A DNA stretch of 63,677 nucleotides, counting the filler, from a candidate division TA06 bacterium SM23_40 (GTDB lineage Bacteria > LJUI01 > SM1-40), in the NCBI GenBank assembly GCA_001303705.1. It is 6 parts of 6 records of this genome, joined end to end, with 100 filler letters (N's around TTAATTAATTAA, not from the genome) between each part and the next. Parts side by side here need not be neighbours in the genome. Positions count along the whole stretch, not along the records: positions 24,363 to 42,892 come from LJUI01000038.1; 5 more parts are not named here. One strand, 5' to 3'. Under the pieces are notes generated by a model, which did not search any database, had not been told where the DNA came from, and saw only the letters and a program-made list of their open reading frames with translations. This document shows positions 28,565 to 38,340 of the stretch, in pieces. The position numbers and the translations under genes were made by a program. Each line of letters begins with the position of its first letter. Position 1 is the stretch's first letter.

Positions 28565-30697
28565 ATGAGGGGCCGCTATCAGGACAACCGTAGCCTCCGG
28601 ATCTCAGTCCGTGGCTGGCCGCTTCTCTTCGTCTGCGCACTCATCGGCATGTGGACGGGCTCGGCGATGTCGTCGATTCCCTCTTCTCCTGAGGTATCCC
28701 GAGGGGCCGACACCGTGGAGCAGGATGTGGTTCGCATCCTCAAGGCTGTGGGTGTGTTGGGAGACGACATCTCCGGCGATCAGCAGGTCGGGCGGACAGG
28801 AAGGGTTCTCGCCCGGCCTCTGGTTGTGCGAGTCCAGGGGGATGAGGGTCGGTATCTGCCCGATGTTCTGGTGCGGTTTGACCTCATTGCAGGACCTGGC
28901 TGGGGGGAGGAGCCGTCGGGGCCCGACCAGAGGCGGACGTGGGAGACGATCTCGGACGATGAGGGGTACGCGAAGACCCACCTTGTTCTGGGCGAGGATT
29001 CGGGGACGTACATCATTACTGCCCGGGCTGCTCAGGTGGCGAGCAATGAGGTCGTCTTCAAGCTCATTGCCCTCCCACGAGGGTGGGGACTGCTTACGTT
29101 CTTCGGTCTCGCTGGCGGGCTGGCGATCTTCCTCTTTGGCCTTCGGTTCGCGGGACGCGGCCTGACGAAGGCGACCGGCAATCGGCTGCGTGAGATGTTC
29201 TGGGGGTTCACACACCGGCGCAGCCTGGGGCTTGTGGTCGGTACCCTGGCGACGGCAATCCTCCAGAGCAGCACGGCGACTACCGTCATGCTCGTCAGTT
29301 TCGCCGGGGCAGGGTTGATCACGCTCGTCGGAGCGCTCCCCATCATCCTCGGCGCTGACATCGGAACCTCGCTCACGGTCCAGCTCCTCGCCTTCCGCAT
29401 CGGGGACTATGCAATTCTCATCATCGCCCTCAGCTTCCTGGCCATGACCGTGATCGGCCAGCGACCGTATCGACACATCGCCCAGGCAATATTCGGATTC
29501 GGGCTGCTCTTCTTCGGCATCAAGATCATGTCGGACTCGATCATCTATCTCCCGATGCTCCCCGGGTTCGAGAGAGCCCTCGGGCAGATAGGAGAGCACC
29601 CGATCCTTCTTCTTGTGGTGGCGATGGTCTTCTCCGGTCTCGTACATTCGAGTGCGGCGACAATCGGTATCGCCCTCACCCTGGCGCTGCGTGGGCTGAT
29701 CGACCTTAATGCCGCGATGCCCCTGATCCTCGGAGCCAATGTGGGGACCTGCGGCACGGCCCTCCTGGCAAGTCTCGGGCAGGCGGTCGAGGCGCGACGA
29801 GTGGCGCTCGCCCATGTCGTGTTCAAGGTCGGCATCGTCGTTATCGCACTGCTCGCGATGGCACCATTCGTGGCCGCGGTCGAACGCACCGCTCAGTCGG
29901 TCCCCCGGCAGATCGCGAACGCCCACCTGTTCCTCAATCTGGCCGCAGCAGCGATTTTCCTGCCGCTCCTCGTGCCGTACCGGAGGATGATCGAACGTGT
30001 GCTGCCGGAGGGTCCGGGGAGGGCGGGCAGGTTCAGGGTGCGGTATCTCGACCAGCGCGTGCTCGATACTCCCGTTCTCGCGCTCAGTCAGGCGACGCGT
30101 GAGGTATTGCGCATGGCTGAAATCGTGCAGGGGATGTTCCGAGATTCGATCGAGGTCTTCAGGACGGGTGACGAGGATCTTCGAAAGCGAATCGTTGAAG
30201 ATGATGACAAGGTCGATCTGCTCCAGGAGTCGATCACGCCCTATCTGACCCGGCTGAGCCAGGAGGAGCTGACCGAAGAACAGTCGGAACGTGAGGTGGC
30301 GCTCATCAAGATCGTGAGTGAGCTCGAGCGGATCGGGGATCTCATCAGCAAGCAGCTGATGGTCTATGCTCAGAAGAAGATCAAAGAAGGGTTCTATTTC
30401 TCGAAGGAGGGATTCCGCGAGATCATCGATTTCCAGGGGCAGGTGGAGGAGGGGCTGTCACTGGCTATAGGGGTTCTCACGACATTCGACCCGGCACTGG
30501 CGCGCAGGTTGATAGAGCTCCGGAATCCGCTGCATGAGCGGTTTAGAGAGCTGCAGGCCGCGCACATTTCGCGTCTCTGCGAGGGGCGGAAGGAATCCCT
30601 TGATACCAGTACTATCCACCTCGATCTGCTCGACGACATCGAACGGATCGGTTTCCACGTCACGAACATCGGCTCGATTCTGTTGGGGCGCGTTTGA
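28565..30697 (+). CDS. Na/Pi cotransporter (NptA/YjbB) with PhoU domains and N-terminal Ig-like domain
   Basis: QSSTAT, GADIGT, HSSAAT, GANVGT motifs; two PhoU repeats (ELERIGD, DIERIG); N-terminal SGDQQVG..LARPLVVRV..G.AKT.LVLG Ig-like segment; start uncertain. Confidence 0.88.
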   Translation: MRGRYQDNRSLRISVRGWPLLFVCALIGMWTGSAMSSIPSSPEVSRGADTVEQDVVRILKAVGVLGDDISGDQQVGRTGRVLARPLVVRVQGDEGRYLPDVLVRFDLIAGPGWGEEPSGPDQRRTWETISDDEGYAKTHLVLGEDSGTYIITARAAQVASNEVVFKLIALPRGWGLLTFFGLAGGLAIFLFGLRFAGRGLTKATGNRLREMFWGFTHRRSLGLVVGTLATAILQSSTATTVMLVSFAGAGLITLVGALPIILGADIGTSLTVQLLAFRIGDYAILIIALSFLAMTVIGQRPYRHIAQAIFGFGLLFFGIKIMSDSIIYLPMLPGFERALGQIGEHPILLLVVAMVFSGLVHSSAATIGIALTLALRGLIDLNAAMPLILGANVGTCGTALLASLGQAVEARRVALAHVVFKVGIVVIALLAMAPFVAAVERTAQSVPRQIANAHLFLNLAAAAIFLPLLVPYRRMIERVLPEGPGRAGRFRVRYLDQRVLDTPVLALSQATREVLRMAEIVQGMFRDSIEVFRTGDEDLRKRIVEDDDKVDLLQESITPYLTRLSQEELTEEQSEREVALIKIVSELERIGDLISKQLMVYAQKKIKEGFYFSKEGFREIIDFQGQVEEGLSLAIGVLTTFDPALARRLIELRNPLHERFRELQAAHISRLCEGRKESLDTSTIHLDLLDDIERIGFHVTNIGSILLGRV

Positions 30698-30711
30698 CGG
30701 GAGGTTCTGCT

Positions 30712-31566
30712 ATGCGAGGTCGTGTGAGTGTTGCGAGACAATTCCGCAGAGTGCATCGGGGAAGAGGGTGGCGTCTGTACTCTGGCGTGGCCGCCGTTGT
30801 CGCCCTCGCCCTCGTGGTGGCATGTGCCACCACCGGGCCGGGCAAACGGGATATCATCCTTATCAGTACGCCGCAAGAGGTGGCGATCGGTCAGCAGGTC
30901 GTCGGCCAGGTGGAACAGGAGGAGCGGGTCCTGAACGATCCGGTCGTCAATGCCTATCTCTCGCGGGTGGGCAGCAGGGTCGTTCAGGTCTGCGATCGGC
31001 CCAAGCTCGCCTACACGTTCAAGGCGCTGGAAAGTGATGAGATAAACGCCTTCGCGGTGCCCGGTGGATTCGTCTATGTATACACCGGCTTGATGAAGGA
31101 GCTGGGCAACGAGGCGCAGCTCGCCGCAGTTCTGGGCCACGAGGTGGCACACATCGTGGCGCGCCACTCCATCAAGAAGCTGCAGCAGATCTACGGATAT
31201 TCGCTCCTCCTCGAGCTCGCGGGCGGGAAGGAGATCAGCCCGGCAGCGCGCCTTATCGCGGATGTCGGCGCCACGCTCATCCTCCAGGGATACTCGCGCG
31301 ACAATGAGTTCGAGGCCGACGAATACGGCACGCTCTATGCATACCGCGCCGGGTACACACCAGATGGGATGGTTGAGCTCCTGGAGACGTTCCAGGACCT
31401 CGACCAGAGTCGGCATACCTTCATAGAGCAACTCCTCGCTACTCATCCACCGGTCCCCGATCGGATCGAGAGAGTTGAGGAAGAGATCGGGACATTTCCG
31501 GCGAGTGCGCTGACGCTCCCGGATCACGCCGCGGAGTATGTCGATATCAGGTCGCGGCTGCCTTAG
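30712..31566 (+). CDS. M48 family metallopeptidase lipoprotein
   Basis: Lipobox VVAC; NAFAVPGG, HEVAH, SRDNEFEAD, THP. Confidence 0.92.
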   Translation: MRGRVSVARQFRRVHRGRGWRLYSGVAAVVALALVVACATTGPGKRDIILISTPQEVAIGQQVVGQVEQEERVLNDPVVNAYLSRVGSRVVQVCDRPKLAYTFKALESDEINAFAVPGGFVYVYTGLMKELGNEAQLAAVLGHEVAHIVARHSIKKLQQIYGYSLLLELAGGKEISPAARLIADVGATLILQGYSRDNEFEADEYGTLYAYRAGYTPDGMVELLETFQDLDQSRHTFIEQLLATHPPVPDRIERVEEEIGTFPASALTLPDHAAEYVDIRSRLP

Positions 31567-31695
31567 CCGGATGACACGCAGGGAGTGCGGTCAGCCCGGG
31601 ACACTGAAGTAACCGTTCTCATGAATGCGAAGACGTGGGCGAAGGGATCGGCCATGGGGCACAGCCGGAGACGCCGGGAGGCAGAAAGGGATAGT

Positions 31696-34560
31696 TTGAA
31701 GGCATACCGTATCGAAGTAGCGATGAGCCCCGACCTGCGGGACGCTGCGGGTGAGGCGCTGAAAGATGATATCCTCGATCTGGGCATCGAGAGCGTCCGT
31801 TCGGTACGCACCGCTCAGGTATACCGGCTTGAAGGCGATCTCTCCCGCGCTGACGTAGAACGTATCGCGTCCGATCTGCTTGCCGACGGCGTGAGCCAGC
31901 GCTATTCCATCGGGGGATCGGCGTTCGCCGAGGGGGGAGAGCAATTCCATGCTGTCGAGGTTGCCTACAATCCCGGGGTGATGGACCCGGTCGCCATTAG
32001 TGTGCTCAAGGCGATCGCAGATCTGGGCATCTCTGGAGTCGATCGAGCGAGCACGGCACAGAGGTATTGCATCGAGGGCGCGCTCAGCGAAGAAGCGCTG
32101 GCCACGATCACCAACAGGCTCCTTGTCAACCGGGTGATACAGCATCTCGCAACCGACGTCGAGCGTACAAGCCTGCCTTCTGCCACATACCGCCTCGAGA
32201 TCCGGCGCATTCCGATCACGGATGCGAGCCCGGAGGAACTTGAGGAGCTTTCCGACTCCGGCCAACTCTTTCTCGACCGGCGAGAGATGGCGGCCATCCA
32301 GGACTACTTCCGCGGACTCGGGCGGGAGCCCACGGACGTCGAACTGGAGACACTCGCACAGACCTGGAGTGAACATTGCGTCCACAAGACGATGAGGGGA
32401 CGCGTCGACTACGGGGGGCACCTCATCGACGGTCTGCTCCAGTCGACGATCGTGCGTGCGACCAAGGAGCTGGCCAAAGACTGGTGCATCTCCGTCTTCG
32501 AGGACAACGCCGGCATCATCGCCTTCGATGATGAGTACAACATCTGTTTCAAGGTCGAGACCCACAACCATCCGTCTGCCCTTGAGCCGTACGGAGGAGC
32601 GGGTACTGGAATCGGGGGCGTGCTGCGGGATCCTATGGGGACGGGCCTGGGAGCTAAGCCGATCCTCAGTACTGATGTCTTCTGCTTTGCGCCGCCCGAT
32701 ACTCCCTACGACGCCCTGCCCGATGGGGTGCTCCATCCCAAGCGGATCATGAAGGGCGTGGTGGCCGGGGTCCGGGACTATGGAAACCGAATGGGCGTCC
32801 CCACGGTCAATGGTGCCGTTCTGTTCGACGAGGGTTACCTCAGTAATCCGGTCATCTATTGCGGGAATGTCGGGCTGATCCCACGAAACAGGTGTGAGAA
32901 ACGGGTGAGCCCTGGTGACATGATCGTCCTCGTGGGGGGACGAACCGGCCGCGACGGGATACACGGGGCCACATTCTCGTCAGGAGAGTTGACGCCGGAG
33001 TCGGAGGTCGTCTCCGCCGGGGCTGTCCAGATCGGGAATCCCATCGTAGAGAAGAAGCTGCTCGATGCCCTTCTCGAGGCGAGAGAGAAGGAGCTGTACC
33101 GGTGCATTACTGATTGCGGCGGGGGCGGTCTCTCCTCCGCCGTAGGGGAGATGGGGCAGGATGTCGGCGTTCTCGTCGATCTGGAAAAGGTGCCGCTCAA
33201 GTATGAGGGTCTCCGGTACGACGAGATATGGATATCGGAGGCGCAGGAGCGGATGATCCTCGCGGTCCCTCCCGACAAAGTAGAGGAGTGCTTGCAAGCG
33301 TTCGCGGACGAAGATGTCGAGGCGACCGTCATCGGAACGTTCACGGGAGATGGGCAGCTCCGTCTGCACTACGACGGCACTCCCGTCGGAGATCTCTCCA
33401 TGGAGTTCTTACACCGTGGCTATCCTCGCAGCGAGAAGGCCGCCGAGTGGACACCCCCCACGTTCGGCGAGCCCGAGTTCGGAGATCCTGGCGAACTGGG
33501 CGATTGGCTTCTCTCCCTTCTCGGATCATGGAACATTGCAAGCAAGGAATGGGTGGTACGCCAGTACGATCACGAGGTCCAGGGCGGGAGCGTGCTCAAG
33601 CCGCTGGTAGGAGCACTGTGCGATGGTCCCGGGGATGCCGCGGTCTGGCGGCCGCGTCTCGACTCGTACAGGGGGATAGCTGTGGCCAACGGGATCAACG
33701 CCCAGTACGGGAAGATAGATCCGTACTGGATGGCGGCATCGGTGATCGACGAGGCGCTGAGACAGATCGTGGCGGTGGGAGCGAGTCTGGACCATGTTGC
33801 GCTCCTCGACAACTTCAGCTGGGGCGATCCCGACGATCCGCAGCAGCTCGCGGGGCTGGTTCGAGCCTGTCAGGGATGCTATGACATCGCCAAGGTGTTC
33901 GGCACCCCGTTCATCTCCGGAAAGGACAGTCTCAACAACTGCTATCTTGTCGATGGGAACCTCGTCTCGATTCCTCCGACGCTTCTCGTCTCCGCCCTGG
34001 CAGTGGTCGATGACGTGCGGGCGTGCATATCGATGGATTTGAAGGAGCCCGGCGATTACCTCTATATAGTGGGTCTGACCTACGAGGAGCTCGGCGGATC
34101 GCAGTACTATTGCCGGCGAGGGCTGATCGGCAATCGGGTCCCCCGTGTCGATGCCCATGCCTCGCGGCGTGCGATGAGTGCACTCTCCAGGGCGTGCCGG
34201 TCCGGGCTGGTCCGCTCTTGTCATGACTGCTCCGAAGGGGGGCTGGGAGTGGCCGCGGCGGAGATGGCGTTTGCCGGGAACCGCGGGCTGGAGATCGATC
34301 TGGCGCGCGTCTCGACGGGAGAGCAGATATCCCGGAACGACTACCTCCTCTTCTCCGAGTCGAATTCCCGGTTCCTCGTCGAGGTCCATCCCGACCGTGC
34401 AGAGGAGTTCGAGGCCGTGCTCGGGGATGTCCGACATGCACGTATCGGCGTCGTCTGCGAGGAGGGTCGGTTCGTCGCACGGGGACTGGGCGGAGAGAAT
34501 GTAATGGATCTGGAGATCGCGGCGATGCGCGAGGCGTGGCAGGCCCCGCTCAGATGGTGA
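31696..34560 (+). CDS. purL: phosphoribosylformylglycinamidine synthase PurL with N-terminal PurS-like domains
   Basis: QTWSEHC.HK, KVETHNHPS, GRDGIHGA, DCGGGG, YDHEV, SGKDSL, HDCSEGG. Confidence 0.95.
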   Translation: MKAYRIEVAMSPDLRDAAGEALKDDILDLGIESVRSVRTAQVYRLEGDLSRADVERIASDLLADGVSQRYSIGGSAFAEGGEQFHAVEVAYNPGVMDPVAISVLKAIADLGISGVDRASTAQRYCIEGALSEEALATITNRLLVNRVIQHLATDVERTSLPSATYRLEIRRIPITDASPEELEELSDSGQLFLDRREMAAIQDYFRGLGREPTDVELETLAQTWSEHCVHKTMRGRVDYGGHLIDGLLQSTIVRATKELAKDWCISVFEDNAGIIAFDDEYNICFKVETHNHPSALEPYGGAGTGIGGVLRDPMGTGLGAKPILSTDVFCFAPPDTPYDALPDGVLHPKRIMKGVVAGVRDYGNRMGVPTVNGAVLFDEGYLSNPVIYCGNVGLIPRNRCEKRVSPGDMIVLVGGRTGRDGIHGATFSSGELTPESEVVSAGAVQIGNPIVEKKLLDALLEAREKELYRCITDCGGGGLSSAVGEMGQDVGVLVDLEKVPLKYEGLRYDEIWISEAQERMILAVPPDKVEECLQAFADEDVEATVIGTFTGDGQLRLHYDGTPVGDLSMEFLHRGYPRSEKAAEWTPPTFGEPEFGDPGELGDWLLSLLGSWNIASKEWVVRQYDHEVQGGSVLKPLVGALCDGPGDAAVWRPRLDSYRGIAVANGINAQYGKIDPYWMAASVIDEALRQIVAVGASLDHVALLDNFSWGDPDDPQQLAGLVRACQGCYDIAKVFGTPFISGKDSLNNCYLVDGNLVSIPPTLLVSALAVVDDVRACISMDLKEPGDYLYIVGLTYEELGGSQYYCRRGLIGNRVPRVDAHASRRAMSALSRACRSGLVRSCHDCSEGGLGVAAAEMAFAGNRGLEIDLARVSTGEQISRNDYLLFSESNSRFLVEVHPDRAEEFEAVLGDVRHARIGVVCEEGRFVARGLGGENVMDLEIAAMREAWQAPLRW

Positions 34561-34739
34561 TCACGGCCGATTGGTGATCATCGGCCGTTCGGTCCCCGTT
34601 GACCAGCTGATGACATCGGCCGGTCGATAGACGTGTGCCTGCTGGTAGTTGTCGGCCATCCGATCATCGTTACCGACGCAACCTCCCTCGCGCTGGCGCG
34701 GCCGTTGTGGGGACTGAGGGTGGAGAGGGGAACGAGCTC

Positions 34740-35177
34740 ATGCAGTTTGTCGATGTGCTGTACACGATCCTGATCGTCGTAGGAAGCGACGTCAGGGCGG
34801 AGGAACGGGATCGCCCGCTCGCCTATCGTCTCAAAGGAGAGATCGATGCGCGCGGGGACCCTGAGCAGTTGAAGAAGGCAATCGTCTTGGGAGATCAGTG
34901 GTATCTCCAGAACAAGGTCTATCAGGCGTGTCCCACCATCGCCATCGGCGGCGCAGGGGTGAACCATCTCACGGCTATGTGGATGACGAGCCTGCCAGCC
35001 ACGATATCGAAAGGCAAGACAGCCTTTATACAACTCGATGAGGACTTTTCCGATACCCGGGTGGCGATCTGGGGCACCAACCACGTGGCGACCGGTGCCG
35101 CTGTCGACGTCTTCGTCACCCAGCACCTCAATAGATATCTGGATGTCGTCTGGAAGAGGCAGAAGAAGGGTTCGTAG
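34740..35177 (+). CDS. hypothetical protein
   Basis: Open frame with GAGGGG SD; PTIAIGGAGVN motif; no function recognised. Confidence 0.7.
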   Translation: MQFVDVLYTILIVVGSDVRAEERDRPLAYRLKGEIDARGDPEQLKKAIVLGDQWYLQNKVYQACPTIAIGGAGVNHLTAMWMTSLPATISKGKTAFIQLDEDFSDTRVAIWGTNHVATGAAVDVFVTQHLNRYLDVVWKRQKKGS

Positions 35178-35243
35178 ACGCACTGGCTCCTCCCGCGCAG
35201 GTCCGTGGATCCGAGTTTGCGGTCTGTAATCCTATCGGCCGGC

Positions 35244-35271
35244 GGAACTTTCATCAGGCCCGGTTGTCAAA
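35244..35271 (+). promoter_or_regulatory. ECF (sigmaE-type) autoregulatory promoter
   Basis: GGAACTT-N16-TCAAA, directly upstream of an ECF sigma gene. Confidence 0.8.
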
Positions 35272-35291
35272 CCTAGTGAGGAGGAGGGAAG

Positions 35292-35903
35292 ATCTCGACA
35301 GAGGAGAGGGCGGATGCCGCAGCGCTCGACGACCACGAGCTCGTGCGGAACTGTCAACGTGGCGACAGGGCTGCGTTTGACGAGTTGATGCTTCGCCACC
35401 AGGCCCGAATATTCAATGCCGCCTGTCGCCTCTTGGGAGACATCGACGAGGCCGAAGAGGTGGCTCAGGATACCTTCGTCAGGGCCTACCGTGGGATCGG
35501 CGGATTTCGCTTTCAGTCGAGTTTCTTTACCTGGCTCTACCGCATCCTCCTCAATCTCGCCGCCAATCGACGAAAGGCGCGGGCCAGACAGCGGAGAATC
35601 CGTGTCGACTCGCTCGACCGCATGGCTGAGGGTGATGACGGATGGGCACCTCGGGAGCCGGCCGACCGAACCTGCGACCCGGAGCAAGAGCTCGAGCGTC
35701 GCGAGCTGGCTCAACAGATCGAGCAATGTCTTGCCGAGCTGTCTCATGACCACGCTGCCGTCGTGGTCATGAGAGACGTTCAGGGCATGTCATATGAGGA
35801 GATCGCCGGCGTCCTCGAGTGTTCTGTGGGAACGGTGAAGTCGCGCCTCCATAGGGCCCGTGCTGAGTTGAGGAAGTTGATGAGCCGGTATGGAGAGTGG
35901 TGA
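35292..35903 (+). CDS. ECF RNA polymerase sigma factor (RpoE/SigW-like); start non-canonical (ATC35292) or frameshifted
   Basis: DDHELVRNCQRGDRAAF, AEEVAQDTF, F.TWLYRI, MSYEEIA...GTVKSRLHRAR. Confidence 0.9.
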   Translation: MSTEERADAAALDDHELVRNCQRGDRAAFDELMLRHQARIFNAACRLLGDIDEAEEVAQDTFVRAYRGIGGFRFQSSFFTWLYRILLNLAANRRKARARQRRIRVDSLDRMAEGDDGWAPREPADRTCDPEQELERRELAQQIEQCLAELSHDHAAVVVMRDVQGMSYEEIAGVLECSVGTVKSRLHRARAELRKLMSRYGEW

Positions 35904-35984
35904 GGAGGTACTCAGAAGTCGAAAAGGCGATCTTCAAGGTGATGGCGGACGTGACGGAGAACGTATAGAAGAGGATCATCGAGT

Positions 35985-37067
35985 ATGGACGGTTCGGATC
36001 ACGACCGCATGCGCAGACTGCTTCCGGCCTATGTGGAGGGCGATCTCGCGGAGGAGGAGCGGGAGCAAGTCTCTCAGCACCTCAGCGAGTGTTCTGAGTG
36101 CGCTGCCGAGGCGCGGTCGATGGAGCGGGTGCGTGATGCGCTCCGGGGGCTTGAGCAGGTTGACGTACCGCTCGGTTTCGGGGACGCGGTCTGGCGCAAA
36201 ATCGAGCGGGAGCCGGTCTGGCGCACATGGCTTCGTCGCGTCTTCATCTTCGCCCCGCAGCGGATGCCGATGAAGGGGCTGGCGACGGCGAGCGCATTGG
36301 TGCTCATCGTCGCCCTGACCTACCTCGTGTCCACCCGTCTTCAGGAGCGCGGCGTGCCGAGCGATGCGGTCCTCATGTCTGATGCCGGGCCTGTCGAGGA
36401 GGAGCCGGCTCGGGGGGTTCTCACAGACAAGAAGGAGAGCGTGGGCACGGAATCTCTTGCCGAGGGTGAGGTCGACATCCAGTCGCTCGAGGACGAGGAA
36501 GCGTCGCTCGCCTACCACGAGAGGGCGACTCCCGCGTCCGGTGCTCGTGAGGAGGAGATGAGGCCGGACCTTTCGACTCTCGACCGCGCGGCCGAACGGG
36601 GAGAGGGAGTTCGCGCCCCTGAGCCGGCGACCTCTGAGAAGATGGTGCTCGCCGAACGCGATGAGGCTGAGGCCGTGGAAGACTTCATGGGTGCGGCGTC
36701 TCAGCAAGCTGTCGATGAGCTCCGACCAGGTGCCGTACTCGAGGCGCCAGGCGCTATCCTCATGCCGAGCGGCGGGGCGCGGATAGAACTGAACTGGCTC
36801 CCCGCCGGGGAGCGGCAGGTCGTCTTCCTGCGCGTTCACCTCGATGTCGACGGGAGCGTGCTCGATGTGGAGATGGAGCGTCCTGGCGATGTTGAGGTGG
36901 ACTCCACGGTCCTCGACATCGTTCACAGCTGGAAGTTCGCTCCGATCGTCGTCGACGGGAGAGCACAGAAGGTCTGGGTGACGGTGCCGGTTGCGGTGTC
37001 CGAGCCGATGGAGGAGAGCTCGGAGGAGACGATACCATCCGAGGGCGGGGGCTCCTCTACGTTCTAG
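35985..37067 (+). CDS. zf-HC2 anti-sigma factor with TM and C-terminal TonB_C-like domain
   Basis: HLSECSEC; TM helix; acidic linker; V.LRVHLDVDGSVLDV...WKFAP..DG. Confidence 0.82.
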   Translation: MDGSDHDRMRRLLPAYVEGDLAEEEREQVSQHLSECSECAAEARSMERVRDALRGLEQVDVPLGFGDAVWRKIEREPVWRTWLRRVFIFAPQRMPMKGLATASALVLIVALTYLVSTRLQERGVPSDAVLMSDAGPVEEEPARGVLTDKKESVGTESLAEGEVDIQSLEDEEASLAYHERATPASGAREEEMRPDLSTLDRAAERGEGVRAPEPATSEKMVLAERDEAEAVEDFMGAASQQAVDELRPGAVLEAPGAILMPSGGARIELNWLPAGERQVVFLRVHLDVDGSVLDVEMERPGDVEVDSTVLDIVHSWKFAPIVVDGRAQKVWVTVPVAVSEPMEESSEETIPSEGGGSSTF

Positions 37068-37083
37068 TCGAGGGAGGAGAGGC

Positions 37084-37875
37084 GTGAACAGCGTCCGTGT
37101 GCTCATACTGAGGACGGCGGGGACGAACTGCGATCTCGAGACAGCTCACGCGTTCGAGCGAGCGGGTGCAGAGGTAGGCCTTGTTCACATCAATCGGCTC
37201 AAGTTGCATGAGGTGGAGCTCGCTCCCTATCACATCTTCGCCATCCCCGGAGGATTCACGTACGGCGACGACATCGCGGCAGGCAAGATCCTCGCCAACG
37301 AGCTCCGCCGATTCATCTTCGACGAGATATCTCAGTTCATCGCTCAGGGGAGGCTGGTGCTCGGGATCTGTAACGGGTTTCAGGTTCTGGTCAAGGCCGG
37401 CCTTCTCCCGGATCCCGCGAATGCGGACGGACCGCAGCAGGTGACGCTCACGTATAATGACTCCGGGCGGTTTGAAGATCGCTGGGTCTGGCTGCGCGTC
37501 GTCAACGGCGATCGGTGCGTCTTTACGCGGGGGATCGGGCATCTTCTCCACATGCCGGTCGCCCACGCCGAGGGCAAGTTCATCGCAAAAGAGAGTACGG
37601 TTCTGCAGCGGCTCCAGACGGCGGGATCGATCACATTCGAGTACGTCCATCCCGAGGGCCGCCCGGCGGACTATCCCTGGAATCCCAACGGTTCGATCGG
37701 GGGGATAGCCGGCATCTGCGATGCGAGCGGCAGGATTCTTGGTCTGATGCCTCATCCTGAGCGACATGTGGATCCTACACAGCATCCACGGTGGACGCGC
37801 GAGGGACTGAAGCACGAGGGAGACGGACTTGTGATCTTCCGCAACGCAGTGGAATTCGCGCGGAAGCATCTGTGA
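37084..37875 (+). CDS. purQ: phosphoribosylformylglycinamidine synthase I (glutaminase)
   Basis: GTNCD, PGGFTYGD, GICNGFQ, AHAEG, NPNGS, MPHPER. Confidence 0.95.
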   Translation: MNSVRVLILRTAGTNCDLETAHAFERAGAEVGLVHINRLKLHEVELAPYHIFAIPGGFTYGDDIAAGKILANELRRFIFDEISQFIAQGRLVLGICNGFQVLVKAGLLPDPANADGPQQVTLTYNDSGRFEDRWVWLRVVNGDRCVFTRGIGHLLHMPVAHAEGKFIAKESTVLQRLQTAGSITFEYVHPEGRPADYPWNPNGSIGGIAGICDASGRILGLMPHPERHVDPTQHPRWTREGLKHEGDGLVIFRNAVEFARKHL

Positions 37876-37917
37876 GTTCGGGCCGGAGTGTCGGGCCGAC
37901 GGGAGGACCATAGGGGA

Positions 37918-38340
37918 GTGAGAGAGGGCGAGCCGCTGCCCCGGGACGCGGTAAAGCGTCGATTCGTCGGGGAGACGATCGAGGTCTCGTTTCCCGACTC
38001 CGCACGCCTGGTGAAGAAACCGGGAGCGCCAGTCTCCTTCACCTGGCGGGGCAAGATCTACAGAATCGCGAGGGTGGTGGCGGAGTGGCATGAGCATTCT
38101 CGTTTCCCCCACGGGGTCGAGAGCTGGAGTCGTCCGCCCTATGCTGTGAGGAGCCGCAGTGCCCACGGTTCGTGGGGTGTCGGCCGTGTGTACTACCGCG
38201 TGGAAACCGATGAAGGGATGGTCTTTGAGCTGTACTATGATCGACGGCCGAGGGGGCAGCGGCGCGAGGGCCAGTGGGTCCTGTTCGCCCGGTGTGACGT
38301 CCCCGGGGATCGAGGGACGGGAGATGAGTCAGACGACTGA
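37918..38340 (+). CDS. DUF6504-like small protein
   Basis: P.SFTWRG..YRI..V...W...R.YYRVET..G.VFELYYD...W pattern. Confidence 0.7.
   Translation: MREGEPLPRDAVKRRFVGETIEVSFPDSARLVKKPGAPVSFTWRGKIYRIARVVAEWHEHSRFPHGVESWSRPPYAVRSRSAHGSWGVGRVYYRVETDEGMVFELYYDRRPRGQRREGQWVLFARCDVPGDRGTGDESDD

Noticed and set aside
31696..32200. PurS-like domains fused to PurL as a novelty
   Set aside because: This fusion is already known in several bacterial lineages
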